From NCBI RefSeq assembly GCF_964204645.1, contig NC_134033.1, forward strand, positions 5,852,231-5,916,230: a DNA stretch of 64,000 nt. Direction: 5' to 3'. This stretch comes from Tubulanus polymorphus. Taxonomy: Eukaryota > Animalia > Nemertea. This document shows, piece after piece, positions 52,342 through 64,000 of the stretch (position 1 is the stretch's first letter; the number at the start of each line of letters is the position of its first letter). Under the pieces are notes generated by a model that searched no databases, was not told the DNA's origin, and saw only the letters and a program-made list of their open reading frames with translations. Made by a program: the position numbers and the translations under genes.

Positions 52342-54519
52342 AGTTGCATATTTCATATTCGTGAATATATCATATTTGAAAATAATTTTTACACAATATT
52401 CTATTTTGACAGCATTTGCTCTTTATTGAAGCCTTGGTTTGTTGTAAAATACGCTGCAGAGGACCAATGCAATATATGATCTTTGAATTTTCTTTGTCAG
52501 GATGTGTACTGATACTACTGCTTGTATTTCAAAGTGCACCGGAGGGTCTCTATATGCACTATGTGCACAGAAATGTCAAACTGTTCCTACGTAACTTTTA
52601 ACTGAATTTGACAAATGTTCGGTAGAGGAATTATGAATTAATAAATGTTATTGCAAATTTAGACAATTCATAACAGTTGTTTGCGTACATGTTGACTAGG
52701 AACTATTAGATCTCGGAAATTAAACCCCGCATTTGCTGCTGTGAAATTCCATAGCAATTGCTACGTCGTCATTTTTACTAATACGACTTCGTTTAGAAAT
52801 GGACATAAGAAAAAATACCATATTGAAATGCCATCTACTATGGTACATCTCGCAAGCACTAACCGTTATGTGGAATATTTGTTTCTCCTCATTAGTGATC
52901 CAATATACTACTACGCTACGAATTGGCGACCGTTGAAGTAATGACATCTTTTCGGAATGAGCGTGGGTAATATTTAGGGTTTTCTGTTACATCACAGAAA
53001 ACCCTATTGAGATTCGCGTGTTTCTTATTATTATTATTTTATGTCACACTATTTTCACTAAAAGAACTAAGGCTTTGTTACCTTGCCGCTGTTGTCGATA
53101 CAATCCGTATGATATCGTTCAGCCCACTAAGATCTACAAATACTCCGCGTGTTTTTTCACGAATCATCGTTACAACAGCACTGTCGGGCCGTAAACATCG
53201 AAAATTTTGCCCCATTCAGTGGGGCGACATGTTTTTCGAGTCGTCATCCCGAAATCAACCCGCAGCCGATTGTCACTTCGATTATCAATTCAAGTATAAA
53301 TGAACTAATTCATTGCTGCAGACTTCACATTCAGCCGCGGTCTTCAAACAGTGATTTTTACAATAGCCCATTTTCCTCATCAAATCATATTACCGATACA
53401 CTGGAAATTTACTACTTTAGATTCTAATAGCAATGTCGAGCCGTAAACATCGACGAATCGACGTGTGTTACTACATCGTCGTTCCGGGGATCAGCCGCGA
53501 GTTTCTCCTCATCATGAGAATCAAATCGAGTACAAATTAATTTATTACTACCAGTGATTTGGCTGTGGGTTTCAAGGAGTTAGTTTAACAATACCTATTT
53601 TTCTTTACCGAATTAACCGTGTATTTACTAAGATAAATCTTTAGTGTACCGGGGAATCGTAGGCCTAAACTAAACACGCCGAAGAGATATAGCGGAGAAA
53701 AGCTGTTATGTCGACGAGGTATCAAAATAAAAGAATATATTACTTTATTCGGCCGCGTGCTTCAATACTCTATATTTCCTACAGTACATACCGATCATTG
53801 TCAAATGCGCAAGGTTTTTACTAAATACAAGTATATAACAAACTCCTATCCGTATGCTGGACTCACACTTGACATTCGGAGTAAGCGTTGGCTGTGGAGG
53901 AAAGGAGATCGTTCGCTGCATCGCTTGAAGATTTTATCGAGTTTTACGCGACCTTAAGGCTTAGGCCTACCGGAACTGACCTTTACTGTCTCAAACAAAC
54001 ACAGTATAATTGTTGCTGTTATTAACGGACTCATTGGATTGAACTTCAAAACAAAATTTACGATATTTAGGAGGGTTGTTATTCAATAGGCCTACGACCA
54101 ATCTGTCCGGATGTTAGGCCTACGCATATACATAGGCCCACATAGGCTAGTAGCCTCTACTAGGTTAAAGCTAAGTTCACTGTAAAGGAGGAATCAGATT
54201 TATTAAAATGCATGTTAATAAGTGATTAACTGGTTCTGACTTGCAACGATCAATCACAATTATCAATTTTATTGGCAAAAATGAAGAGTTTTTTTTTGAA
54301 AATTTCGTCTGAGCAGACAGCTTTATAAGCCAGACTTTTCATTTGAGTTTTTTCATCATAAATGAAACAGGTATTTCATTAATTACTAATGACTTATGCC
54401 AGACGTTGGTCGGCTTTGCGACGGCTTGTGACTGCGACGCCATTCACTGCGACCTCCAGCTACGATTGTGTCACAACGACTCATCGACCTACGCTCCCTT
54501 GTGACGGGTTGCGACTGTC

Positions 54520-55600
54520 AGCAACGCCAGTCACAAGGAGTCGCACGTGTTCTACTTTCTGCGACGCGACACGGCTGTCACAACCGACCTACGCGCTCTT
54601 GCGACTGGCAGAAACTAATCGCACAAAGTCGCTGACAATCGTATCGCAACCGACTTGCAGCGAAACTTGCGATGCAACGCGAGGATCGCATCGCGTCGCA
54701 AGGCCGATCTACGTCCGGCTTTAAGTTACTGCGGAGCCCCAGAAATATCTTTTTTTTCGTTCATAAGACCTTTCGCTTGAAAATCCTTTCATCGGAACAA
54801 AATTTATTTCGTTCGAATCAATAATATTCTGTTCGATTGAACCAATATGAAAAAATCGTTAGAACAAAGTTGAACAAACTTTTTTTGTCCAAACGAAAGG
54901 TTTTCCGTTCGAACAATCATTCGATGGAACAGAATCGTTTCAATTTGAACAGAATTTTCGTTCGAATAAGTATATTGTAAAAAGTTTTTTCTCCGAACCA
55001 AAAGTTTTAAGTATTTCGTTTAATCGAACAGAATTGTTTTCATTCAAACATTTGTTCCAAAAAAGTTGTTTTCGCTCAACCAAATTTCTTTGCCGGGACA
55101 AAAAGTTCTTCATTTCAACAATAACATAGCTTTTTATTCGAACACATTTTTGTCAGAATGAAGAAAAGTTTTGGTTCAAACAAAAAGCGTATTGTTCGAT
55201 CAAACAGAATTGTTTTCATTCGAATAAGATTTCCTTGTCGGAGCTTTAAGATTTTTGGTCGAACGGCGTGTTAAGGTCGTTTTGGAAATTTACTCGGTCT
55301 GGTATATTCAGGATTACTGTGTATGTCAGGACATTAAACAGAAGACGACTTAGGATACTACTTTGCGTGAATCCACTAGTTAGACCGACTTATTCCAAGA
55401 TCCCGTTGATTTCGGCTACAAGTTTTCGTTCAGAGATAACTGCTGAGCCATTTGAGCGACCTATCATTGATACCGTTTTCTAATAGCCTGTTTAGTAATG
55501 GCTGATGTTGAACCTTATCAAATACTTTGTCGAAATCCACCGTTGAACAGGATTCAAGACTGTGCAGAAAACCCGTTATCGCTGCTATGCAGCTATATTT
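54520..55600 (-). repeat. Inverted copy of the composite repeat at ~26495-27345
   Basis: Reverse complement matches over about 1 kb with indels. Confidence 0.85.
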
Positions 55601-56129
55601 TCAATTGTAATTATTGATTCGGGAGTAATATACAGGGTACTGTAAGCGTCTGGGTGTTCTTACGACAGCCTGGCTGAGGAACTAGCATAGCATGCAATCC
55701 TGCGGTACATGATTCCATCCACCAGGTACAACAAGGCAGTTAAACCTCATGCGTACAATCTGTGCATTGTTTCCCGGAACGAGATGTGATTATCATTTTA
55801 ATAAAGAATTTTACATATTCTTACGTCTTTATATACAGAATGATGAGCATATAGTGAGAACTAGGTACCAGACAGATTACAGACATGACAACTTATAAAG
55901 TAACATCTGCAGATGTTACTTTGTAATCATTTTAACTATTTTGTACGTAAAAGGCTTAATTTTATCCGTTCACCACGTTTGAGTGTGGCTATTCATCTAA
56001 ATTTGGGTCAAGATTTTTCGAAATGCAGCTACAACTTTCAGCCTTTTTCAATGGAAAGGTAATTTAAAATTTTCTCAAAATGGTACCCAGGTACCCGTGC
56101 ACTTCGTATTTAATTTCTATCTTTTTTTA

Positions 56130-56730
56130 TGCTCCAGATCAAGGTCGCAGGAAGCCATTTTATAAATATAATTTCCGGGCTCTTACTCATAAACGGTAGA
56201 TAACTTACTGAAATTCTATAGATAGGTTATCCTAGGGACTGTAGGTAACTGATTTGATTTCGGGTCCTGTAGGTCAAAGGTTAAGGTCGTAGGAAGCCAT
56301 TTTGTGAATTTCATTTCCAGGCTCCATAAACGGTCTAAGATAACTCGCTGAAATTCTATGGATGGATTATCCTAGGGACCGTGGGTAACTGATTAGATAT
56401 CGGGTCCTGTTGGTCAAAGGTCAAGGTTACTAGAAGCTGTTATGTATTTTTCATTTCCGGGCTCTATCTCATAGACGGTTTAAGATAATTAAGTGACATT
56501 TTTTGGATTGGTTATCCTAGAGACCGCGAGTAACTGATTACATTTTGGGTCCTGTAGGGCAAAGGTCAAGGTCACCGGAAGCTGTTTTGTATTTTTCTTT
56601 TCCGGGCTCTTATTCATAAATGGTATAAGATAACTTTGTGAAATTTTATGGATAGGTTACCCTAGAGACCGTGAGTGACTGATTACATTTTGCGCCCTGT
56701 AAGTCAAAGGTCAAGGTCACCAGAAGCCGT
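56130..56730. repeat. Minisatellite, about five ~122-bp units
   Basis: Repeated GGTCAAAGGTCAAGGTC…TTTCCGGGCTC…TTATCCTAG. Confidence 0.88.
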
Positions 56731-59700
56731 TTCTAGTTCTAGTTCTACGAGAAAGTACCCCCTTTCATGGTAAAAAGTACACGTTTTCTTAAACTGCCGC
56801 TCAAAAAGCACGGCACGGGATAGGTTTTGGATTTCATTAGATTTGTGCTTAGATATTAGATGACTAAGATATATTTTCCCTTTATCATTTGTAATCTAAA
56901 ACCAATGTGATATTGGACGTATGAATCCAAAAATGTATGAAACATAACTGGTACTAATTACACACAGAACCATCGAATTCCACCGATTCCACATATTCAA
57001 ATTTAAAAGAAAATCTAATTTAATTCTAACATCAGGTCTGGTATTTACGCCCCACTAACACGATCCACACCAGATGTCCCCGCCGCCTCTGTAGACGTTC
57101 AACTGAATTCAGTCAATTGTACTCGCAAAAAAGCGTGGCATTAAGATTTCAGATATGTGATTATTATCCGCCTTAAAAAACTTATTAACAAGAAGAACAC
57201 TTAATTGTTGTTGCTGATTCGGGCCACGTAAAAAAGAAAATATCCCACACGCTCTCCGCCAAGTTTTTTTACATATTACATTTTTTCGTTTAAACGTAAC
57301 GTAAAACCCAGTTTTTCAATTTTAACGCATGGTTAAAACCAGTGGTCTTTTTCGTTTGTAACACCACGTTAAAACCAACTTTGATGTAGTCGCGATAAAA
57401 AGAAAATGACCTCGTTAAAACGAGAAGCTCGTAGAAACTGGTTTTAAAGTAGCGTTAAAACAAAAAGTTTGTTTTAACGTGGCGTTCAAAAACTGGGGGG
57501 TTGGGGGTGCTGTTTGTGAAGAGTGGTGTTTGCGGGCCACGTCAATAGTAATTTCGATAATTTGTGACCGCAAAAAAATGCTGGTGTCGAACCTAGTGTA
57601 GAATTGGAAAGCGTATGGACAGATATTACTTCGAAAGTAATATAGCAGTTTCATCGTTCATCTGATGTCCTTGTCCCAAACCAGAGTTGGACATAGAACT
57701 TATCAAATCGAGGACAAGACGGCTACAATCATAAAAGGTCTAACGCACTTTATTTCCGAATGTGTGAAACGCACAGGTTACAGATACACAGTGAATACGA
57801 GCGAGTGGTTAACTGAAAAATACACAATTAAACCCTAAAAATTTGATAAATAATAATTCAAATTACGGAGAAAAAAAACCTCGATAAATACAATAAATGG
57901 TTGACATTTAGAAATGTATAATTTTAACTTACAACTCTTTTTAGTTGTAGAGAGCCTATGTCTTTCCTCTATCAGAATACTGTGGCGAATGCCCAGAAGT
58001 ACTGTTGTACAGAGCAAACGTAAAGGAAAATTAAACCACCCATGAAACAGCTTACCTACACTGCACAATATCAGTTTATATGAATTCAAACCACACAAAA
58101 CAGCTCGCCAACACTACATAATACCAGATTAATATGAATTCAAACCACACAAAACAGCTTACCAATACTACCTAACAACAACATACTAACATAAAGCACG
58201 CAAAATAAAGAACAAAAAAATAATAAACTAAATTCACTGAAACTTAACAGACCTGAAAGAAAAACTGTTGCCAGTGGGCAACAGTCCTATATGGTACTAT
58301 TTTCTCATCACCCTTGGAGCACGCCTAGATACGATTTGAAGAAAGGGCATTTGCGTCCCTGCTTCTTCCTAAGTCACCTAACCAGTTTCAGTAAATAAAT
58401 ATAATCAGCAATATGGTTGAAACAAATCACGAGAACCTGGAAATCTGAAAATGTGTTATCGTCGGAACATTTTTCAAAGTTCAAAAGTTTTTTTTTTAAT
58501 GTAATGGAAGCAAGTCGGAAAATAGAAGAAATCAATAATGAAAAAGAAATATTAAATTCTAATAGATCAAAAGATATTGATAGAATACCAATTTATAAAT
58601 TCAAAATGTTAGCTAAAATATCTGAAAATGATATATCTTCCCAATTCGGTTGTTTAAGATCAAAGCGTTTAGACTTTGGCAGACGAAATGGTCGAAATTG
58701 ATTAGACAAAGTTTTAGCTGAAAATTGCTTCAACCAACAAAACTCAATCGTTTCCAACTAGAAAGAACAGCTCACCACCGACACACCGACCCTCCCGTAT
58801 AGCAATTTATCTTCGACCGTTGTTTTTTGTGTAATTAGCATCTCGCATTTCGAATAAAACCCCGCCCCTGTTTTATGATGATCTAAAGTTTTGAAATATA
58901 TTCAAATATATATATTTTGCACCTCATCATTTTTTCTTCGCGTTTTGACGTTATTGTTTTTAGGTTTGGAATGAGAACGATGTTTACTGGACTTTTAGTG
59001 TAGCGATGCATCCGATATTCTGGCGCAGCAGATATTCGAATGAAATTGATTTCTGCTTTCACAAAGTATTTGTAGTCAAAATTGTGGTCGTGGCAGCTCT
59101 ATTATATGTAATCATCATTTTATATGCTCCTAGCCTGTGGCAGATCGTGCTCAAGACGAACTAAAATAATCCTTTCACGGCCCACATGTAATTAGGTCAC
59201 TCATAGGTCAATTTTTCAATTTCCGTGTCAGTGTTTGATTGTTTTGGTACAAACCAGTTTATGGCGCGTACGACAAAAGGTCACGTTATAACCTGTTGGC
59301 GGATCTGTGGACTCAGTTCTATACGCAAGAACTTTACAATGAAACAGCGGTTAGAATGAATGTTTTTCCTATGCGAGACACGTCAATCCCTCCAAAGCCC
59401 AGCTTCCGGGGAAAATGGTGTCTATACCATTGCAACCACTTCCAAAACCGACGGAATAAAATAGATTCCAAACCACTCATATATATTTCAGCCCGTTGCA
59501 CATATTGATGCTTATTTCATATTCTTTGCACAAGAAATTATAGTAAGATAATAATCATATCGAATTCTTCTCACAGTTTGTGGGCTTCGCTTCTGCTGAG
59601 GATGAAACTGAGGATTGTTTAAACAACTAGCCATCAATTCGATAAAGCACATATTCAATCAGGTTTTAATTTTCTAGATCTTTGAAATTTCGTTGTCGCA

Positions 59701-61371
59701 CCCCGTCCACCCTGCGCCAAAGTACAAAGCCCTATACAAGTAATGTTGGTATAATGGAGGCCATTTTCCTGAAAAAAAGTTGAACTAATTATTATTTGTT
59801 TTATTTGTCATTGTTTATTTCACTGTTTTCAATGAGGACAACAATATTCAATCTTAAACGTTTTAAGCAACTATTGAAACTGGATCCTGATGGAGCCAGT
59901 TGCACAATCAAGACTATCGTAGTTCACTATAGCCAATTTAACAACTTTGAATCAGTCTCAAGATTAAGGACAACCTTTGGACGAACCTTTGTACAGTTGG
60001 GCCCCACTTAGCAGGCTATTAGGATTATGTCTAATGTCTTCTAAACCCGACCGCCCACGAAGTCACATTTCTTTCGATTCCCTCGTGAAGAAAGGGCGTT
60101 TTGAAATAAAATTGATTTCAAACCCATTTACATAGCGATATCGGTTATACAGATACTTGTTATGTATCTAAATCCGTACCTGTTTTATTCCAATAGAACT
60201 CGAAAATCGAGTGACCTTCGGTTCTTAGAATTTGCTCTCAACCGTATCAAGTGCGTATTTCTGTGCGAAGATTGCAGAGTAGAACTTTGTGAAACTGTTT
60301 CTGAATGAGGGGCGTATCACCGCGACTGACGTCATTCCTAAAATCAACCTTGCCACTGCTAGACGGGGATCACTGACGACACACGGTAAAATTTGAAGAG
60401 CATGGATTTGACAAATATTTCTTCATCGACTACTATGCTCAAACCCGACGTTAAGACCTGTGCCCTCTGCATGCCCTGCACATACATTTAGGAGGAGTTA
60501 TCTTACGCATTGATGACTGGCATTACGGTTGTGAATTTATTCAAGTTGCTATCGGACCGTATTATATATTTCAACAAATTCGAAACTGGTGCATCATTCT
60601 GATCAGTTTAGAAAAACTTATCATAACACTTTTCCCGTTGAGTTCGCGATTGTTCTGGACTCGAAAAGTTGTGAATTTTCTCATACTTGTTATCACATTT
60701 TTCGGTGCGCCTTGTTTTTTCCCGCAATAGCGTTACATATCTGTTAATGACATAATCATACGTGAAATAAACGTGAACCCGGAATACAAGATTCTACCAT
60801 GCATAAGTTCAGCCAATCATCATGAAATTTAATGAAGCTCAATAATAGACTGCAGTTAACCAGGAATATAATCATTGATCGGCGCGTCTGTTTCGAATAC
60901 CATGAAATAGCAATGACGTTAATCAGTTCTACTGCGCTAATGACCTGTAATGTAGGACGTATATATATACGTGACATGTGATAAACGGGAAAACCACTAA
61001 ACACTAGAGTGATTTTATCGGGTCATAGTTATCTCTACTTGCATTACATACACGTATATCAAATACGATTATACACGTATTGTATTAGGCACAAGGCAGT
61101 GATCAGCGAAAGTGTCGGTTTCAGAGGTAACAGGACCTTGCTGGTATGTAAGAAAGTCGGAATTAACTTGACCAGTTTTAATATACACGAATTGCAATGA
61201 TCAGAAAAAGTGCCGGTTCAATAAGCGCCAGGCGTACAAGTAAGTTTCGTACAGGGCGTACAGTACCAGTTTCAACCAGTTACTAGTTATTTCGAGATCG
61301 GGGACATTCTTGAGTGAGTTGAGACATAAAGTTAGTCTTCACTCAGCGGTACCAGGCACAAAGCAAACGCG

Positions 61372-63672
61372 ATGGCAGACACGGGCGAATCCAAGAATCC
61401 AGAACGCATCGATTCATTCGCATGGTCTCGAATAATGGATTCTCTACGCAAGTGCGACACGTCATTAGAATTTCTTTCGGACACGTTAGAAATTTGGAAC
61501 AAGTTCAAAACTGCGTTGTCTTTAAATCCTAATCATGACAGCGAAACTCTAATTAGTAGTCTGTGCACGACGAGCGAGGAAGCCAATCTGAATCGTTTCA
61601 AAAACGCCGCCGAGTCCGGATGCTTCAAACCATCGGTTATATTCGTCGGTGCTTTAAATAGCGGAAAAAGCACTTTAATCAACACGATTTTAGGAACTAA
61701 AAATCTGCTGCCGTCGAAGGAGTTGCCCTGTACGGCGCGTATCACCCGATTGAATTACACCAATCTGAAGCCGTTTTATCAGCTAGTATCGTCGAATATC
61801 GACGGTACTGAAGAGATCGTCCCCGACACGAGGACCGAGTTGGATAAACTGAAAATCGACCACGCGTACGTCCGACCAGACCTCGGTTCGCCGACCCAGA
61901 AAAATGTTAATCGTATTCTGGACGTCTTCATCAATAACGAAGTTCTCAAAACTGGTATACAGATTATCGATACTCCCGGATTATCGGAAAGCGATGGATT
62001 GGATAATCTGGTGAAGAGTCTGGTTAGCAAGGCCTCCGGTCACGTGGCTCGCCCTCTTATTGTGTATGTGATAGACGGAGTCAGGCGGATGTCACTACAG
62101 GTAGGCGTCGATTATCAATCGAACCCAGTCACAGTCGTGGGGGTTGTGTTCATTGTAGAGTCGAATGAGTGAGAATTCATTCATATGTCGAATTTAACAG
62201 AAACCCGTTGAAACGGCTGCTTGGTTTTAATCTATTTTCTTTGAAACAATGCATGCCTTCTAGTAGATAAATGGGTATCTATTGTAGATTATGATTTTAT
62301 TCATACGAAAAATGAAAAAAAAATATAATAAGATCCCAATCACAAGAACGATGGGGAACGACAACGTAACGATAGGGAAGCAATTACATTACGCGCACTC
62401 AACGTGATCGAACCGGGATCGCACGTTGCACCCAACCGATACACTGAAAGTCGATTCAGTTACAGCAACCATTCGGCAATAGTTATAGAGCTCGTCATAT
62501 ATTCGTGCCAATTCAGTTTTAGCCAACGAATGTGGTACCAGATTCAGTGGCCAGACTAATCGAATTCACGATCGGTCACGTTCCCTGTAATAAAACTATA
62601 CATATGCCGAATAATTTTAGGTCTGTCCTCTATTTTAGGACAGAGAAATGATAAAATGGCTGCTCGACGAGTCGGAAATCAAAGTAAAATTCGTCTTCTC
62701 AAAGTGCGATATATCTCGTAAAAACGTAGAAATGGACACACCCGACGGCTATAACGTCGACGAAGAGCGTGGTAAGAAATTCGACTGTCTTAAGAACGAC
62801 ATCGAACTCTTGTATAAACAAATGAAAGACGATTTGATGTATATACCGAACGAAGCTGGCGAGGGAGTCGGCGATGTGAAACTGGACGAATCGAGATGGT
62901 GCAGTTGCGTGTCGGCCCTAAACTATAAACGAGCCAAGAGAAAGAAAGGACCTGGTGCTGCGATGGACGAATGGTTTATCCGTCAGTACGACCGCATGGT
63001 CAGGAATATAGTCACCATCTTGGTGGAGAATATTTCCGAGCAGATACTGTGCATATACGAGGACGCCATGTCTCCGTTGCATCGATGTTTGAATTTCGTT
63101 CGCAACGAAAATTCGATCTTGGCCGAGAATGAACGAGCGAACGTCGAATCGGAAAACGTCGAACAAAATGTCCGTCATAGAATATCGAAAAAATTCGCCA
63201 TTTTCGACGAGAACTGTTCGACTCTGTTGATTTTGCAAAGCGCGTTCACGACTCTGGTCCGAGTTTGGTCAGCGAAGTATATAACCTCTAGTTCAAACAC
63301 GTTGAAGTTGATTTTGTCGAAATTGAATCCTCAAATCGTCGAACTAACTAGAACATGGTTTCCGCACAATGAAAACTGCAACAAGGACAAACTAATACTG
63401 ATGTACCTGTCGATACTAGATACGCTGTTAGGCTACATCAAACGGGAAATGCAACGAATGCTACAGTACAATTTAGTATGTTTAGTTGTTGAAATATGTG
63501 AGGAAGGTGGACAGACTACGGCAGATGAATTTGCAGCTAGTTATGGGCTGTTACTGGCGACGTCGCCGCTACAGAAATTCCAACAGAAGTGCGTGGACAC
63601 AGTTTGGAAAACAACCGAGAAATACTTTCAAAAACTTGTGCGATCTGAACTAATGAAGAACATGTTGGAAAG
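61372..63672 (+). CDS. Dynamin-like GTPase domain gene, first two exons (61372-62100, 62639-63672); 3' part not resolved here
   Basis: G1 GALNSGKS, G2 PCTA, G3 DTPG, G4 SKCD; a phase-0 GT-AG intron joins the two ORFs; donor at 63673. Confidence 0.85.
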
Positions 63673-64000
63673 GTAATTATGATTTTCTTTCTTAAATGAA
63701 CCATTTTGTTATCTGCTCAGAATGATGACAGGTTTCTATTTACCACGCTTGACTGGTCACCACTAGTTAAATGCATTGCCCAGACAATACTTACAAATTT
63801 TGGACTCATACATTGTCGGTCGTTTGCTGCATTGTTCAGAGATATTGATGGCCTAGGGTTGCTGGAGAGCTATCTTTATGGTAACTGTAGTTGGAGCCAT
63901 ACTTTTGGCCATATCAATGCAAAACCTTTGCCTCTCTTGAAAAGATCTCCCCTGTCAATTACAGTCGTTTTTTATCTGAATGAATATTTGAGCAGGGTTC

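Noticed and set aside
56130-56730. Regular repeat as a CRISPR-like array
   Set aside because: Whole units are similar with no unique spacers, and the context is eukaryotic.

Overview
Repeat-rich animal (probably marine invertebrate) genomic DNA. The main feature is a full-length, slightly decayed 16.9 kb Maverick/Polinton-type endogenous virus (3458-20335; AGT...ACT ends, TIRs, 6-bp TSD AGTGCG). It encodes a protein-primed PolB, major and minor capsid proteins, a packaging ATPase, an integrase-chromodomain and several membrane proteins. Its polymerase carries a LAGLIDADG intein in the catalytic YxDTDS motif, and 14 of 15 genes start at TAAATG. It sits inside the RT of a Penelope-like retroelement whose Pro-rich/SGNH-esterase ORF and RT-GIY-YIG ORF appear to come from alternative 3' splice sites off one shared exon. 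Downstream are an L2/CR1 LINE, a spliced MULE transposase, a second Maverick remnant, an intronless GPCR, an Academ remnant, many MITEs and a dynamin-like GTPase gene. There is also a divergent pair of small spliced genes, missed by the ORF track, encoding sea-anemone-toxin-like (BDS/APETx/ATX type) 38-aa cysteine-rich peptides. All calls come from manual motif reading; no searches were run.
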